From Histomonas meleagridis 2922-C6/04-290x (taxonomy: Eukaryota > Protista > Parabasalia), in assembly GCA_020184695.1 (NCBI GenBank), contig JAANOX010000011.1:62001-126000 (forward strand): a DNA stretch of 64,000 nt, given 5' to 3'. The position numbers and the translations under genes are program-made. A model generated the notes under the pieces. The model did no database searches, had not been told where the DNA came from, and was given only the letters and a program-made list of their open reading frames with translations. Below are positions 10,587-22,945 of the stretch, piece by piece; within the stretch, counting starts at the first letter, position 1; the number at the start of each line of letters is the position of its first letter.

Positions 10587-11993
10587 ATGTCAAATCTTGA
10601 CCAAGTTATTGCAGAATGCAAGGCCCAAATCGGAGAAACATCCGACCCAATCGGCACACTCTCTCGTCTCCTCAAGGCAAAGGCCCCACCTGCCACAATC
10701 GATCATCTTGTTGGTCGCGAAGTTCTTGATTCACGTGGTAACCCAACAGTCGAAACCGATGTCTATGTTAACTACCTCGGTACAGTTATGTTCGCTGGCC
10801 GTTCATCCGCTCCATCTGGTGCCTCAACAGGTTCCAATGAAGCTCGTGAACTCCGTGATGGTGGTTCCCGCTATGGTGGCAAGGGCACACAAAAGGCTGC
10901 TTCCAATGTTACCAACATTCTTTCCCCAGCTCTTAAGGGCATGAAGCTTGATGATCTCAAGGCTATTGATGCCAAGATCTGTGAAACCGATGGCACAGAA
11001 CTCAAGGAAAAGGTTGGTGGTAATGCATGCACAGCCACATCCTTCGCCATTGCTACAGCCGCAGCTAACATCGAAGAAATCCCACTCTTCCTTTACTTCG
11101 CTCGCCAATACTATGGCCCAGACCATATTCCAAAGAAGTTCAAGCTCCCAACACCATTCTTCAACATCCTTAATGGTGGTAAGCATGCCGGTGGCAATCT
11201 CAAGTTACAAGAATTCATGGCCTCACCAGCCCCAGGAATCCCATACCCAGACCAACTCCGTATGGTTGCTGAAGTTTACCAAAAACTCGGTGCCATCCTT
11301 GTTAAGGAAAAGGGCGTCTCTGCAAAGAACCTTGGTGATGAAGGAGGTTTCGCACCATGCCTTGAAACACCAGAAGAAGCCATCACATTCATCGAACGCG
11401 CTATCAAGGACGCTGGCTACGAACCAGGAAAGGACATCCGCATTGGTCTTGATGCTGCTGCATCCGAATTCTATGATGAAGAAACCAAACTTTATGAAGT
11501 AGAAATCGGCGTTAAGAAGACTGGTGATGAAATGATCCAATACTGGGCTGATCTCATCGCTAAGCACCCATGCATTGTCTCAATCGAAGATGGTCTTCAT
11601 GAAAAGGATTACGAACACTGGACTAAGCTCAACGCTACACTCGGAAGCAAGGTTCAACTCGTCGGTGATGACCTTTACACCACAAATCCAAAGACAATCC
11701 GTAAGGGTATCGAAGGAAAGTGGTGCAACGCTTTGTTACTTAAGGTTAACCAAATCGGTACTATCTCCGAAGCTATGGAAGCTGCTAAGCTCATCCTCGA
11801 CGCAGGCCAAAACGTTATGGTTTCACATAGATCTGGTGAAACTTGCAACTCTGTCATCGCTGATATCGTCGTAGGTATTGGTGCACAACAAATCAAGACT
11901 GGTTCAACAGCACGTGGAGAACGTATCGAGAAGTACACACGTCTCCTCCAAATCTACGAATACCTTAAGGAACACGACATGCTTGAGGAGTAA
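10587..11993 (+). CDS. ENO: Enolase with N-terminal extension
   Basis: Motifs REVLDSRGNPTVE, GDEGGFAP, SIEDG, VGDDL, LLKVNQIGT, SHRSGET, IKTG. Strong high-expression codon bias. ATG 10587 follows the initiator TCACTT; the track's TTG start at 10473 is unlikely. Confidence 0.97.
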   Translation: MSNLDQVIAECKAQIGETSDPIGTLSRLLKAKAPPATIDHLVGREVLDSRGNPTVETDVYVNYLGTVMFAGRSSAPSGASTGSNEARELRDGGSRYGGKGTQKAASNVTNILSPALKGMKLDDLKAIDAKICETDGTELKEKVGGNACTATSFAIATAAANIEEIPLFLYFARQYYGPDHIPKKFKLPTPFFNILNGGKHAGGNLKLQEFMASPAPGIPYPDQLRMVAEVYQKLGAILVKEKGVSAKNLGDEGGFAPCLETPEEAITFIERAIKDAGYEPGKDIRIGLDAAASEFYDEETKLYEVEIGVKKTGDEMIQYWADLIAKHPCIVSIEDGLHEKDYEHWTKLNATLGSKVQLVGDDLYTTNPKTIRKGIEGKWCNALLLKVNQIGTISEAMEAAKLILDAGQNVMVSHRSGETCNSVIADIVVGIGAQQIKTGSTARGERIEKYTRLLQIYEYLKEHDMLEE

Positions 11994-12986
11994 ATAAAGT
12001 AAAGGCTGATGCATTACATATTATTTTTTGTGTATGAAGCATTCATTGTGTTTAAGTATTAAATAATTTATATTATTAAATCATGAAAAACAATTCCATA
12101 AATATTTCATCAGAGGATTCAACTCATTATCTCCACACAGCAAAAACAAAAGGAAAACGACTTTGCTTCATATTATTCAATAATTCTTTAATGTGTAAAT
12201 TTTAAAAGAAATATCTATCGGGCATCAAGTGGTAAATCTTTTAAAAATTTGTAACTTATATCGATATTAGTTTGTGTTTGTGATGAAAATAAATTTCATT
12301 TACTTAGAGAACAAAAACTCATCGAAAACATTGATAAATGAAATTGTTTCGGCAGGGTGCCCTTCTACATTAGCACTTTTTCAATAAGCGTTCGAACAGA
12401 CACCATGTTATAATGACTTCTGAGAAGAAATAACACCGTTTTATTCAAAACCACAATCTGTAAAATCACAACAACCAAAAATCTTAATTAATTCAAGAAA
12501 CAAAATATACATAATGTTAAGTCAAATTTAAATAGCATTATGATAAATAAAGTTATTGAAAACGTTAATGATTATTGAATTGGCTTAGAAACATGAATAC
12601 ATTTACATATTAAAAACCGTTTCTCACCTTTTGTATTTGAAAGAACCTAAGAAATAATGCATTCAAAATTCAATATGCCAATTAATTGTATAGAAACAAA
12701 CTTTTTGAGCGTTTGGAATTCAAAGGTGTTCGATGTTTGATTGATGACAAGGTGTTGTTTCTTTAATTTTTTAACAGGATTAATATACAATTTGATTCTG
12801 GAACCTATGTCACTTTTCGTAAAAAAACATCGCGTTTCAGCTTTGTGAACATCTTCCGATTGCAAAAACAATAAAACACTTATCAGCAAAAGTTGATCCA
12901 ACGAAACGACTAAAAGGCGAAGCGGTTGAAGCTCTCTGTATCGTTTTTGACTGATTTATCAATAAGTTTCTCAAGTTTTCACACGG

Positions 12987-14688
12987 ATGTGTGTTTTCTT
13001 CTTGGCTTTCCCTATGCATTTCTTTTGCTTATTACGAATCTCTCAACAAAATTCAGGTTCAAAGATTTTTAGTAATCAATTATCTATTTTTCAAACTTTT
13101 AAACACTCCATTTACCTTACTTCAGAATCCAAAGGGGATACATACTTTACATTCTCATCTCGTGACAAAGCGAATGTATCCATTAAAGGAACAAATTTTA
13201 TTATTCCAAAAGATAATGAATCCAATCCATTTAATATCAGTACAGGAAAATATAATTGGCATTTCCCTTTATTAGAATTACCAATTTCATATGTTAAACA
13301 TTATTTCAAATTCTTTTCTTTAGTACTTAATCATTTTTCATTAAAAGAACACTTAGCAATGCCAATGAATTATATTTTCATAAAGAAAATGTTCAAATTC
13401 ATTAAAGTTATTCAAGTTCTGATGTATCACATTTTTATTTTGGGATTATTATTATTTTTTGAAATTCAATTTTTATTTGACAAATTGAAAACAAACGAAA
13501 AGAAAAAACATAAAAATGTTTTATCTTTTGTTATATTTTTCATAAATTCTTTTCAATTATTTTATAATGATACTTTAACATTAACAATAACAAACTCAAA
13601 TGATTTTAAAGAAATTGATCAATACAAAAACAACACGAAATTTATATATATTAGTGAAGGAATTTATTCGATTCCGAGTAATGCATTTTCAGAATGGCCA
13701 TCAGTTATTTCAGTTAATTTTGGTAATTCTATCTCAGATATTGGGGGTTATGTGTTTTCGTCATGTTCTAATTTAGAAAGGATTATTTTTGGAGGAAATG
13801 TTACAACGATTGGTGGTTCAGCATTTTTCATTATGTTCATCAATCAAAAACATTACAATTCCAAATTCAGTCACATCGATTGGTGGTTCAGCATTTTCAT
13901 CATGTTCTAATTTAATGATATTAACACTTGGGTATGGAATAAGAGAAATTGGAGGTTCAGCATTTGGTAATTGTAAATCACTTGAATGTATTTATTATTA
14001 TGGAAATACAGAACCAAGTATTGGAACAAATGCATTTTATAATGTTACAACGACAGTTATAACATATCCAACATATAACAAAAGTAACTTTGGGATATTA
14101 AATGTTAGCAAATCATATTCAGAAGGAAACTGCGAACCAATTCCAACAATTTCGTTTTCAGCATCACATACATTCAGTCGAAGTGATACATATTCACAGT
14201 CAAATACATTCACTGAATCATATCAAAGTGATTTAACATTATTATATTCATATACATTAACATATACATTGACAATTGCCTTTTCATTTACATATTACGA
14301 AACGCAAACAAGATCGCTTTCATTATCCATAATTAATTCAACATTTTCTTATGTTGAAACAGAATTTCTTTATTATGATTACACAGTTATTATGTATTCG
14401 ACATATTATAATTATTATTCAAATTTCATTACGATGTTTCACACGAACATTTTACAAACAAATGGACTTACAACTAATGCATTGATTGGAATTGTTTGCG
14501 GATCAATTGCACTTGTGTTAATAATTGTTGGAATTGTTATATTCTTAATAAAAAGTAATAACAAAAAACGAAAATCGACATCGACATTACAATTTAAGGA
14601 TACAACTACATCAAGTACAAAACAAATGGAGGAAGTGAATACTTTAGTTGAAGATATTGTTAAAGAAGATGAAGACAATTGGCTGTGA
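12987..14688 (+). CDS. BspA-like (TpLRR) type I surface protein, copy 1; one frameshift at a T run near 13825
   Basis: LRRs (IPNSVTSIGGSAFSSCSNL), S/T-rich stalk, TM helix (ALIGIVCGSIALVLIIVGIVIFLI), acidic tail ending EDNWL. ORFs 12987-13910 and 13789-14688 join if one T is removed. Confidence 0.75.
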
Positions 14689-14759
14689 TTTAATGTAAAA
14701 TAAAAATATATTTTTAATTGATATATTTTTAAATTATTTAAATATTATGAAATGATTCG

Positions 14760-15560
14760 CAATGAGAAATATTAATCGTTTAACAATTTGTTATTCTCAA
14801 CTAATGGTAATCTATTCCTTATGTTAATTATGGAAACTGTGTAAATCATATTGAATCACTTATTTTTATCAATACCAAATATGGAGAAAATAATACGACA
14901 ATGAGTAATTTAGCATTTTCATTCAACAATCACTCAAATATATCACACTTCCAAGTTTGATACAAAACATTGGAGAAGCCGCATTTTCTAATTGCTATCA
15001 TTTAACAATATTAAAAATTTTCACACAACAAATAAGAATTGGAAAATATTCATTTTCTAATTGAACAGCCTTCGTTCATTTATTTTTACGGCAAATCAGA
15101 ACCATATATTGGTGAAAATACATTTTTAATTTTTACATATTCAACACACAAAGAAAAAAATATTTGGATCATTTCCAGTGAATAACGAATATAATGGTGG
15201 TGTTTGTTCACCAATTTCAACTCATTCATTTACAAAATCGAATACATTATCAAATTCAGATATGATCACAAGATCTAAATCATTTATACAAACACATACA
15301 TTCACTAAATTAAATACATAAACAAAAGCACTTCAAAGGGATTTAACTTTAACTTTTTCTTTCATATTAACTTTCTTTATCGATAACAAATCATAAACTG
15401 TTTATTAAACGCAAACAAAATCATTTTCATTATATATCAATAATTCAACGATTTCATACCTTAAATTGTTATACATATATAAGTTATATCTCAAATGAGA
15501 CATCAAGTGGAATTACAACAACAGTTTTAATTGTAATTGTATCCAAATCAAATCAAATTC
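14760..15560 (+). pseudogene. Decayed BspA-like paralog
   Basis: Nucleotide similarity to the LRR, EPxIG and stalk parts of copy 1 (gaaccatatattggtgaaaat; aaacgcaaacaaaatcattttcatt), with many stops. Confidence 0.6.
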
Positions 15561-15871
15561 ATATGTGTATAATTAATGAAATTTAATAACTTTAAAAAAT
15601 GATTACCAATTACAAAGATATATCATTTTGATCAGCAAATTCAGCTCTATCACATGCATTCATTCATTATATTATTTAAAAGTGCTTTATAATCATTTAT
15701 TTCAGCACCTTTTCTGTGTGTCCTTAAATATTGAAACAAACAAATTTTAGGTTAAATTGAAAAACCTCAAAAAAACAACAAATTTCTTATATATTAACCG
15801 TGTGATTTTTAACTTTTGTATTAGCCGATGTGTATTTAGAAGAGGCCTTGAACTATATTAGATCTTGAAGC

Positions 15872-17427
15872 ATGAGAATTCTTCATTTGATGCTCATTTC
15901 AGGCATAACAAAGCAATTTACGACCGTTACAAAACCAGAAATCCCATTTCTTACAACTATAAAAATATCAAATATGAAAAAGTACCTCGGCGAAGAAGGA
16001 TTCATTCATGGGTACAATGTAGAAGATCGAGTCTTTGAAATTCATAACCAGAATTTTGATATATTTAGGAACAATTCTATTTTCTTTAAAGCCAGTTCAT
16101 TTTTAGATTTCTTGTCTGAAATAGACCATACATTAGTTATGCTTCAAATATTTAATGACAAAATAAAATTATCAGTATCATATTTGACAATTACCCAAAA
16201 TAAATCCTTTTTAACCAGTATGCTTATTGAAGACAATATATCAAAGCAAACCACTAAAAGGTGTTACGAGAATATATCTTTGATCCAGAGTAAATTTCTT
16301 TGTTTTTCGTTGATGCAAAACGATAAAAAAGACCGACCATTTAAATTCAATGCTTATGTTCGTTTAACCGCTATTTTTTCAATGATGATTGTGGTGGTTT
16401 ATATCAATTTTTTTCAGAAAAAACCACTTTTTCTACAGAAATTTTTATTGACCAACTACGAATTGAAAACAAAAGAAAAGAAAAAACATAAAAATGTTTT
16501 AATTTTTGTTATATTTTTCATAAATTCTTTTCAATTATTTTATAGTGATACTCTAACATTAACAATAACAAACTCAAATGATTTTAAAGAAATTGATCAA
16601 TACAAAAACAACACGAAATTTATATATATTAGTGAAGGAATTTATTCGATTCCGAGTAGTGCATTTTCAGAATGGCCATCAGTTATTTCAGTTAATTTTG
16701 GTAATTCTATCTCAGATATTGGGGGTTATGTGTTTTCGTCATGTTCTAATTTTAGAAAGGATTATTTTTGAGGAAATGTTACAACGATTGGTGGTTCAGC
16801 ATTTTCATTATGTTCATCAATCAAAAACATTACAATTCCAAATTCAGTCACATCGATTGGTGGTTCAGCATTTTCATCATGTTCTAATTTAATGATATTA
16901 ACACTTGGGTATGGAATAAGAGAAATTGGAGGTTCAGCATTTGGTAATTGTAAATCACTTGAATGTATTTATTATTATGGAGATACAGAACCAAGTATTG
17001 GAACAAATGCATTTTATAATGTTACAACAACAGTTATAACATATCCAACATATGTAGGAAGTAAATTTGGAAATTTAGGTGTTGAGAAAGACAACACAGA
17101 AGGAAACTGCAGCCCGATTGCAACAATTTCATTTTCTTCATCACACACATTTTATCAATCGAACACATTTCCATCATCAAATAATTATTCTGAATCGAAC
17201 ACATTTTCAAAGTCAAATACATTAGGCCAAAGCAATTCATTTTTCAAATACATTTACTGAATCACTTCAAAATGAATTAACGCGAAAATGAAAATGAAGA
17301 TTCAGAACAACAAAATGATAATAACCAAACAACAAACACATTCACAACAGGAATATCGATTTCGAATATTGAAGAAGATCCATTTGCAGATGACTTCAAA
17401 GAAGACAAATTCATTGAGCAAATGTAA
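15872..17427 (+). pseudogene. BspA-like copy 2 with compensating indels and deleted transmembrane segment
   Basis: ORFs 15872-16771 and 16892-17260. LRR core near-identical to copies 1 and 3. Stalk joins directly to tail sequence (EEDPFADDFKEDKF) at ~17280. Confidence 0.7.
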
Positions 17428-17731
17428 TTAAGATAAATATATAGTAAAACATAATATATTATAAATGAAAATTATTTATTTGTATTACCTTATTCGTGTT
17501 TAAGAATATCTTATGAAAAATATTCTCACACTTGATATTACACATACTAAAAATTTTACATAAATTTAAACTTTAATTATTTTTTTTTCTTCATTTTATT
17601 ATTTTCCATTGTCCTTGAAAAAACAGAACTTCACCTAATGAAATATGTAACTCTTTGGATTTCATTTCTTACGAGAAAAACATATTAAACTGTGAACATT
17701 TTCATGAAAAATAGTTTTTATTTCATTTTGC

Positions 17732-19972
17732 CTAGCAAATAGATTCAAGTTTAAGATCAGGATACACAAATCCAAACACCATTCTCATAGTTATGAACAA
17801 GAACTCAACATTTCCCTTGATATAATCTGGGAAAATTGAAATATTTGGCATAATAATATTATTCAACAGCACAAAATTCGTTGCGAATTTGTTTGGATTT
17901 GCATATAGAAGCAATATAGTTCCAACAGGAGCAATTTGGTCACCGCCAAATTCCCATGATGGAGGCGCATCCTTCAGCATAAACTGCTTAACGTCATCCA
18001 CTGAATTTGAAATCAAATCAAGCTTTTTGAAAAAGTTCGACTCTTCAAAGGCGTCTCTCAATTTTCCGAGCAAAGAATTTTCGGTTTTTAATTGACTAGC
18101 TTTGTCATGCATGTGCTTCTTCTCGTTGAACTTCCCTTCTTTAATCTCCTCAGGATAAGGGAAGTACAATTCAAACATTGAAAAGCTTATCATAGGTATT
18201 AATAAGCTTATGTTGTTATCAAGCTTCATGAGATCAACTTTACTTGATTGTTTGATGAATTGATTTATGTCAAAAGAACGAGTTATAATATTGAAATACA
18301 TTAGCTCAGTAAAGTAATTTGGAACTGGCTCATTTTGATAATAAGCTTGCTCAACAATTTTGAAATTACTCATTATTTGATGAAAAACAGAAGGGTCTGT
18401 ATACATTTGCTTCCTTTGATCGTTAGAAATACCGGAGAAAACCTTATCTTCCATTTCTTTTTCTTCTAGTCGAACACGATATCGATGGAAGAACAAAACA
18501 TTCAATAATTGTTCTATAAGGACATTTGTAAATTTTCGTTTTTGCTGACATATTGAAATAATTTCTGTATATGTACTCATTGTGCGAATTGAGCTTTTAT
18601 CATCGAAAGTAAACTCCGATAGCAATTTCACAATGTTACGTCTATCGTTTATTCGAGTAAAGCTTTCAAAAAGAAGCTTATCCTCTAAACGTTCGCAGTA
18701 TGTATCGGCAGGTCCCCGACCGACCAAAATATCATTGAAAAAGTCCTCTATCGTATACATTGGTGGGATCTTGTTGAAGACTGGAATCCTGTCGCATTTG
18801 ACGATAAGGTTTTCAAGAATTGCGTTTGCTGAAACGTTAGGCTTCTTAAGTTTTTGGAAGTTTATGTCATTATCTGAAAGAGTGCTATATAATTTTAAGT
18901 TATACTCTCGAGGAACTTCTCCAGGCATATCTAAGATGTTAATATCGAAGGAACTTAAAAGAATAGATGAGAAGAGCGTGTAATCCTGATTAAAATATTG
19001 AAATGAATCACTTTGTTGTTGAGTCATAGCTGTTAAATCACTAAGAACAGAATTTGGATGATTTGGTCGAAGGATATGTCTGTAGGCGTTTAGTAAGTTT
19101 GGATGTGGTTTATCAAAATAATCAAATATTTGACACATCTGAAAAATCGCGGTATTAGTAGTCTTTTTAGACAAAAACACCTTGAAAAAACATTTGTAGA
19201 GAATTGTTTTTGCCTTTAATTTTAGACTTTTTCGACCAATTTTGAATAAAGAAGATACATACTTAGGAAGATATTCAATTTGCATCTTCCAATGGCGCAT
19301 AACAACTAATCTGAGTTTGGTTTCGTCAATACCAAACTCTGCAACCTTATTAAATTTTGATGATATTTGAATAAATACTTTAGATATAAAGCTTAAGAAC
19401 AAAGGCGAAAAGAATATTGCTTTTCCATATGTGAAGAAATGAAATGGTGATTTTAATTCTCTCATAATGTTTAAATAATTATTTATTCCATCTTCAGAAG
19501 CAAAAAATTGGGAATAGCTAGGAAGAACCCCAAACGTCAAAATGTCCGTAACGTTTTTATTGAGGCCAGATTCAAGAATATTTAGGAATCTCTCCTTTGA
19601 TGGAAATTTCGCATCAACACGTTCAAATTTATCGCATAAGATAAAGGAAAGAAAGAGTGCCCTATTATTGTTAGAAGAAACAGAAGTAGTTAAATGTGAG
19701 TTAATATCATTTAAAATGAAATAAATGCACATAAAATGAAATTTTTGTTCTATTAGAAATTTGTAATAAATATCACTGAGTTCTTCATACTGTGACTTTA
19801 TATATTTCGAATGTATATTATTAATTCCGTCTCTTTTTTCAAATTTAATTTGAACTTCTCGAAATTTCTCAATAAGTTCTTTATCAATTTGGCTGTGGGA
19901 ATCGTTAAACCCAGCTTCATATTCGTCATTTGGCATATCAATTTGATCAGGATCAAAGAAAGAAACACTCAT
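17732..19972 (-). CDS. VPS9-domain protein (Rab5-family GEF-like, GAPVD1-like architecture)
   Basis: C-terminal FGGDQIAPVGTILLLYANPNKFATNF resembles the VPS9 GADDLLP...ANP motif. Confidence 0.55.
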   Translation of the reverse strand: MSVSFFDPDQIDMPNDEYEAGFNDSHSQIDKELIEKFREVQIKFEKRDGINNIHSKYIKSQYEELSDIYYKFLIEQKFHFMCIYFILNDINSHLTTSVSSNNNRALFLSFILCDKFERVDAKFPSKERFLNILESGLNKNVTDILTFGVLPSYSQFFASEDGINNYLNIMRELKSPFHFFTYGKAIFFSPLFLSFISKVFIQISSKFNKVAEFGIDETKLRLVVMRHWKMQIEYLPKYVSSLFKIGRKSLKLKAKTILYKCFFKVFLSKKTTNTAIFQMCQIFDYFDKPHPNLLNAYRHILRPNHPNSVLSDLTAMTQQQSDSFQYFNQDYTLFSSILLSSFDINILDMPGEVPREYNLKLYSTLSDNDINFQKLKKPNVSANAILENLIVKCDRIPVFNKIPPMYTIEDFFNDILVGRGPADTYCERLEDKLLFESFTRINDRRNIVKLLSEFTFDDKSSIRTMSTYTEIISICQQKRKFTNVLIEQLLNVLFFHRYRVRLEEKEMEDKVFSGISNDQRKQMYTDPSVFHQIMSNFKIVEQAYYQNEPVPNYFTELMYFNIITRSFDINQFIKQSSKVDLMKLDNNISLLIPMISFSMFELYFPYPEEIKEGKFNEKKHMHDKASQLKTENSLLGKLRDAFEESNFFKKLDLISNSVDDVKQFMLKDAPPSWEFGGDQIAPVGTILLLYANPNKFATNFVLLNNIIMPNISIFPDYIKGNVEFLFITMRMVFGFVYPDLKLESIC

Positions 19973-20640
19973 TTATATGTTCTTGAAACGTTTAACGATT
20001 ACGATAAAATTTAATCATTCAATTAAAAACTATATAACGTTTGCAGTTATATTGAAAAATAAACGTGTCCAACGCACTTTTCAAATAAAAATAATTTGAA
20101 AATGTTTCTTCGTGTGGAACCAATCAAATTCCAAAAAATGGATTCTTTAGGGCAAAAAAAGTTGGCTTAATGAAAATAATTGTTTCTCAACCATTTTCTG
20201 GTTGAGATATGTCTTACAAATTTGTATGAAAAAAATAAATAATAAAGAAATGGGCTTTACTTAAATCAATTAAAAGTTTATGGTGCACTCAAAAAGTGTT
20301 ACCACATAATGTCAATGCATGTGATCACCAATATAAGAAGTATATTTAATTAATATTATTAAACATATATGTTTGGCAGATCGCTAGCGATAATAATTTT
20401 TTCAAAAAGCACAATACTAAAATTAATGTTGGAAAATAACGTGGTGACGTTGAATACTAAAAATGATTCACATTTAGAACACACGATATTTTATTATTTA
20501 TTTATCTTAGTTACATTTGCTCAATGAATTTGTCTTCTTTGAAGTCATCTGCAAATGGATCTTCTTCAATATTCGAAATCGATATTCCTGTTGTGAATGT
20601 GTTTGTTGTTTGGTTATTATCATTTTTGTTGTTCTGGATC

Positions 20641-22413
20641 TTATTTTTCATTTTCGTCAATTTCTTCTTTTTTATTTTTAATTCGATTCAATAATATAAT
20701 AAGTAATGAAATTATAATAATAGCAACAACAATAACGCAAACAATTATGATGATAATTGTTGTTTTATTATCATTTGTTTGGAATTCATTGATATAAATA
20801 AATGTAAAGAAGTTCGAATAATAAATATAATAAGTTGAATAAATAATAACTGTGTAATCATAATAAATAAATTCTGTTTCGATATAAACATTCGATGAAT
20901 TGATTGTAAATAGTGAAAGCGATTTCGTTTGTATTTCATAATAAGTAAATGAATGCGTAATAGATAATGTGATCGTTAATAAATATGAAAAAGATTTCGT
21001 TAATTCATTTTGAAGTGATTCAGTAAATGTATTTGAAAATGAATTGCTTTGGCCTAATGTATTTGACTTTGAAAATGTGTTCGATTCAGAATAATTATTT
21101 GATGATGGAAATGTGTTCGATTGATAAAATGTGTGTGATGAAGAAAATGAAATTGTTGCAATCGGGCTGCAGTTTCCTTCTGTGTTGTCTTTCTCAACAC
21201 CTAAATTTCCAAATTTACTTCCTACATATGTTGGATATGTTATAACTGTTGTTGTAACATTATAAAATGCATTTGTTCCAATACTTGGTTCTGTATCTCC
21301 ATAATAATAAATACATTCAAGTGATTTACAATTACCAAATGCTGAACCTCCAATTTCTCTTATTCCATACCCAAGTGTTAATATCATTAAATTAGAACAT
21401 GATGAAAATGCTGAACCACCAATCGATGTGACTGAATTTGGAATTGTAATGTTTTTGATTGATGAACATAATGAAAATGCTGAACCACCAATCGTTGTAA
21501 CATTTCCTCCAAAAATAATCCTTTCTAAATTAGAACATGACGAAAACACATAACCCCCAATATCTGAGATAGAATTACCAAAATTAACTGAAATAACTGA
21601 TGGCCATCCTGAAAATGCACTACTCGGAATCGAATAAATTCCTTCACTAATATATATAAATTTCGTTATATCTTTATATTGATCAACTATTTCAAAATCA
21701 GTTGAATTTGTTATTTTTAATGTTGAACTATCATTGTTAAACACTTGAAAAGAATTTATAAAAAATATAATAAAGGATAAAACACTTTTGTGTTTTTTCT
21801 TTTCTTTTGTTTTAGGTTCGATTTTGTTCAGAAAAATTTTCTGTATGGTTATTGATTTTTTCTGAAAATATTTGATATAAACCGACAGAAACATCATTGA
21901 AAAAATAGCGGTTAAAGGAAATAAAACATTGAATTTAATTGGTCGGTTTCTGTCTTTTGTATCGCTTTGCATCCATGAAAAACAAAGAAATTCCTGTAGT
22001 ATCAAAGATATATTCCCATAATGTCTACTCAAAGTTTGTTTTGGTATATCGTCTTTAATAGGCATACTGGCTATAAAGGATTTATTTTGTGTGTTTGAAT
22101 AATATGATGCTGGGAATTTTATTTTATCATTAAAAACTTGAAGTGTTACTGATGTACGCTTACTGTAGGTCAAGGAATATAAAAATAAACTGATTTTAAA
22201 GAAAGTAGAAATATTGTTAAATATATCAGAAATTTCTTTCTTAATTTCAAAGGCTGGTTCTTCTGCATTGTTTGCATGAGTGAGGCCTTCTTTGTTTAGG
22301 AACTTTTCCAAATTTGATATTTTTATGGTGGCAAAAAATGGGATTCTTGATATTGTATCGGTTCTATATTGCTTTATTACGTTCGAAATGAACAACAACT
22401 GAAAGATTTTCAT
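20641..22413 (-). CDS. BspA-like type I surface protein, copy 3 (intact through TM, inverted relative to copies 1-2)
   Basis: 590-aa ORF with LRRs, stalk and TM (IIIIIVCVIVVAIIIISLLIILL). The DPF-containing tail sequence lies beyond the stop (to ~20514). Confidence 0.85.
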   Translation of the reverse strand: MKIFQLLFISNVIKQYRTDTISRIPFFATIKISNLEKFLNKEGLTHANNAEEPAFEIKKEISDIFNNISTFFKISLFLYSLTYSKRTSVTLQVFNDKIKFPASYYSNTQNKSFIASMPIKDDIPKQTLSRHYGNISLILQEFLCFSWMQSDTKDRNRPIKFNVLFPLTAIFSMMFLSVYIKYFQKKSITIQKIFLNKIEPKTKEKKKHKSVLSFIIFFINSFQVFNNDSSTLKITNSTDFEIVDQYKDITKFIYISEGIYSIPSSAFSGWPSVISVNFGNSISDIGGYVFSSCSNLERIIFGGNVTTIGGSAFSLCSSIKNITIPNSVTSIGGSAFSSCSNLMILTLGYGIREIGGSAFGNCKSLECIYYYGDTEPSIGTNAFYNVTTTVITYPTYVGSKFGNLGVEKDNTEGNCSPIATISFSSSHTFYQSNTFPSSNNYSESNTFSKSNTLGQSNSFSNTFTESLQNELTKSFSYLLTITLSITHSFTYYEIQTKSLSLFTINSSNVYIETEFIYYDYTVIIYSTYYIYYSNFFTFIYINEFQTNDNKTTIIIIIVCVIVVAIIIISLLIILLNRIKNKKEEIDENEK

Positions 22414-22945
22414 GTTTCAAGATCTGATATAGTCGAAGGCCTTGCCAAATACACATCGGCCAATACAAAAGTTAAAAATCTCACGGTTAATACGTAAAAA
22501 ACCTATTGTTTCATTGAAGTTTTTCAATTTAACCTTAAATTATTTTGTTTCAATATTTAAAGACACCCAGAAAAGATGCTGCGCTAAATGATTATAAAGT
22601 CACTTTTAAATAATATAATTAATGAATGTGATAGAGCAGGATTTGGTGATTAAAATGATATATATTGTTATTGGCAAATGATTTTGTAGTGATTAAATTT
22701 CATGCTTTTCAAGGGATACGCATTTTAATGTTTTAATTTGACATATAATACAAATTAAATGACTGAAACATTTCCTTAAATACATATGATTCATTGAAAG
22801 GAGAAACATGAGTGTATGTTGGTAAATAATAAGCAAATTAAATTTTAAATATCATAAAGAGAACAGTAATTTCAATCCTTAAGAAGTATATAAGATTTTA
22901 ATTAAAAATATACAATGAGTAATCATCATAAAAATATCCTATATA

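Noticed and set aside
10597-11938. Multiple overlapping and antisense ORFs within enolase
   Set aside because: Expected from strong codon bias in a highly expressed gene.
12840-12950. Kinase C-lobe-like fragment (KVDPTKRL)
   Set aside because: Too short and isolated to support even a pseudogene call.
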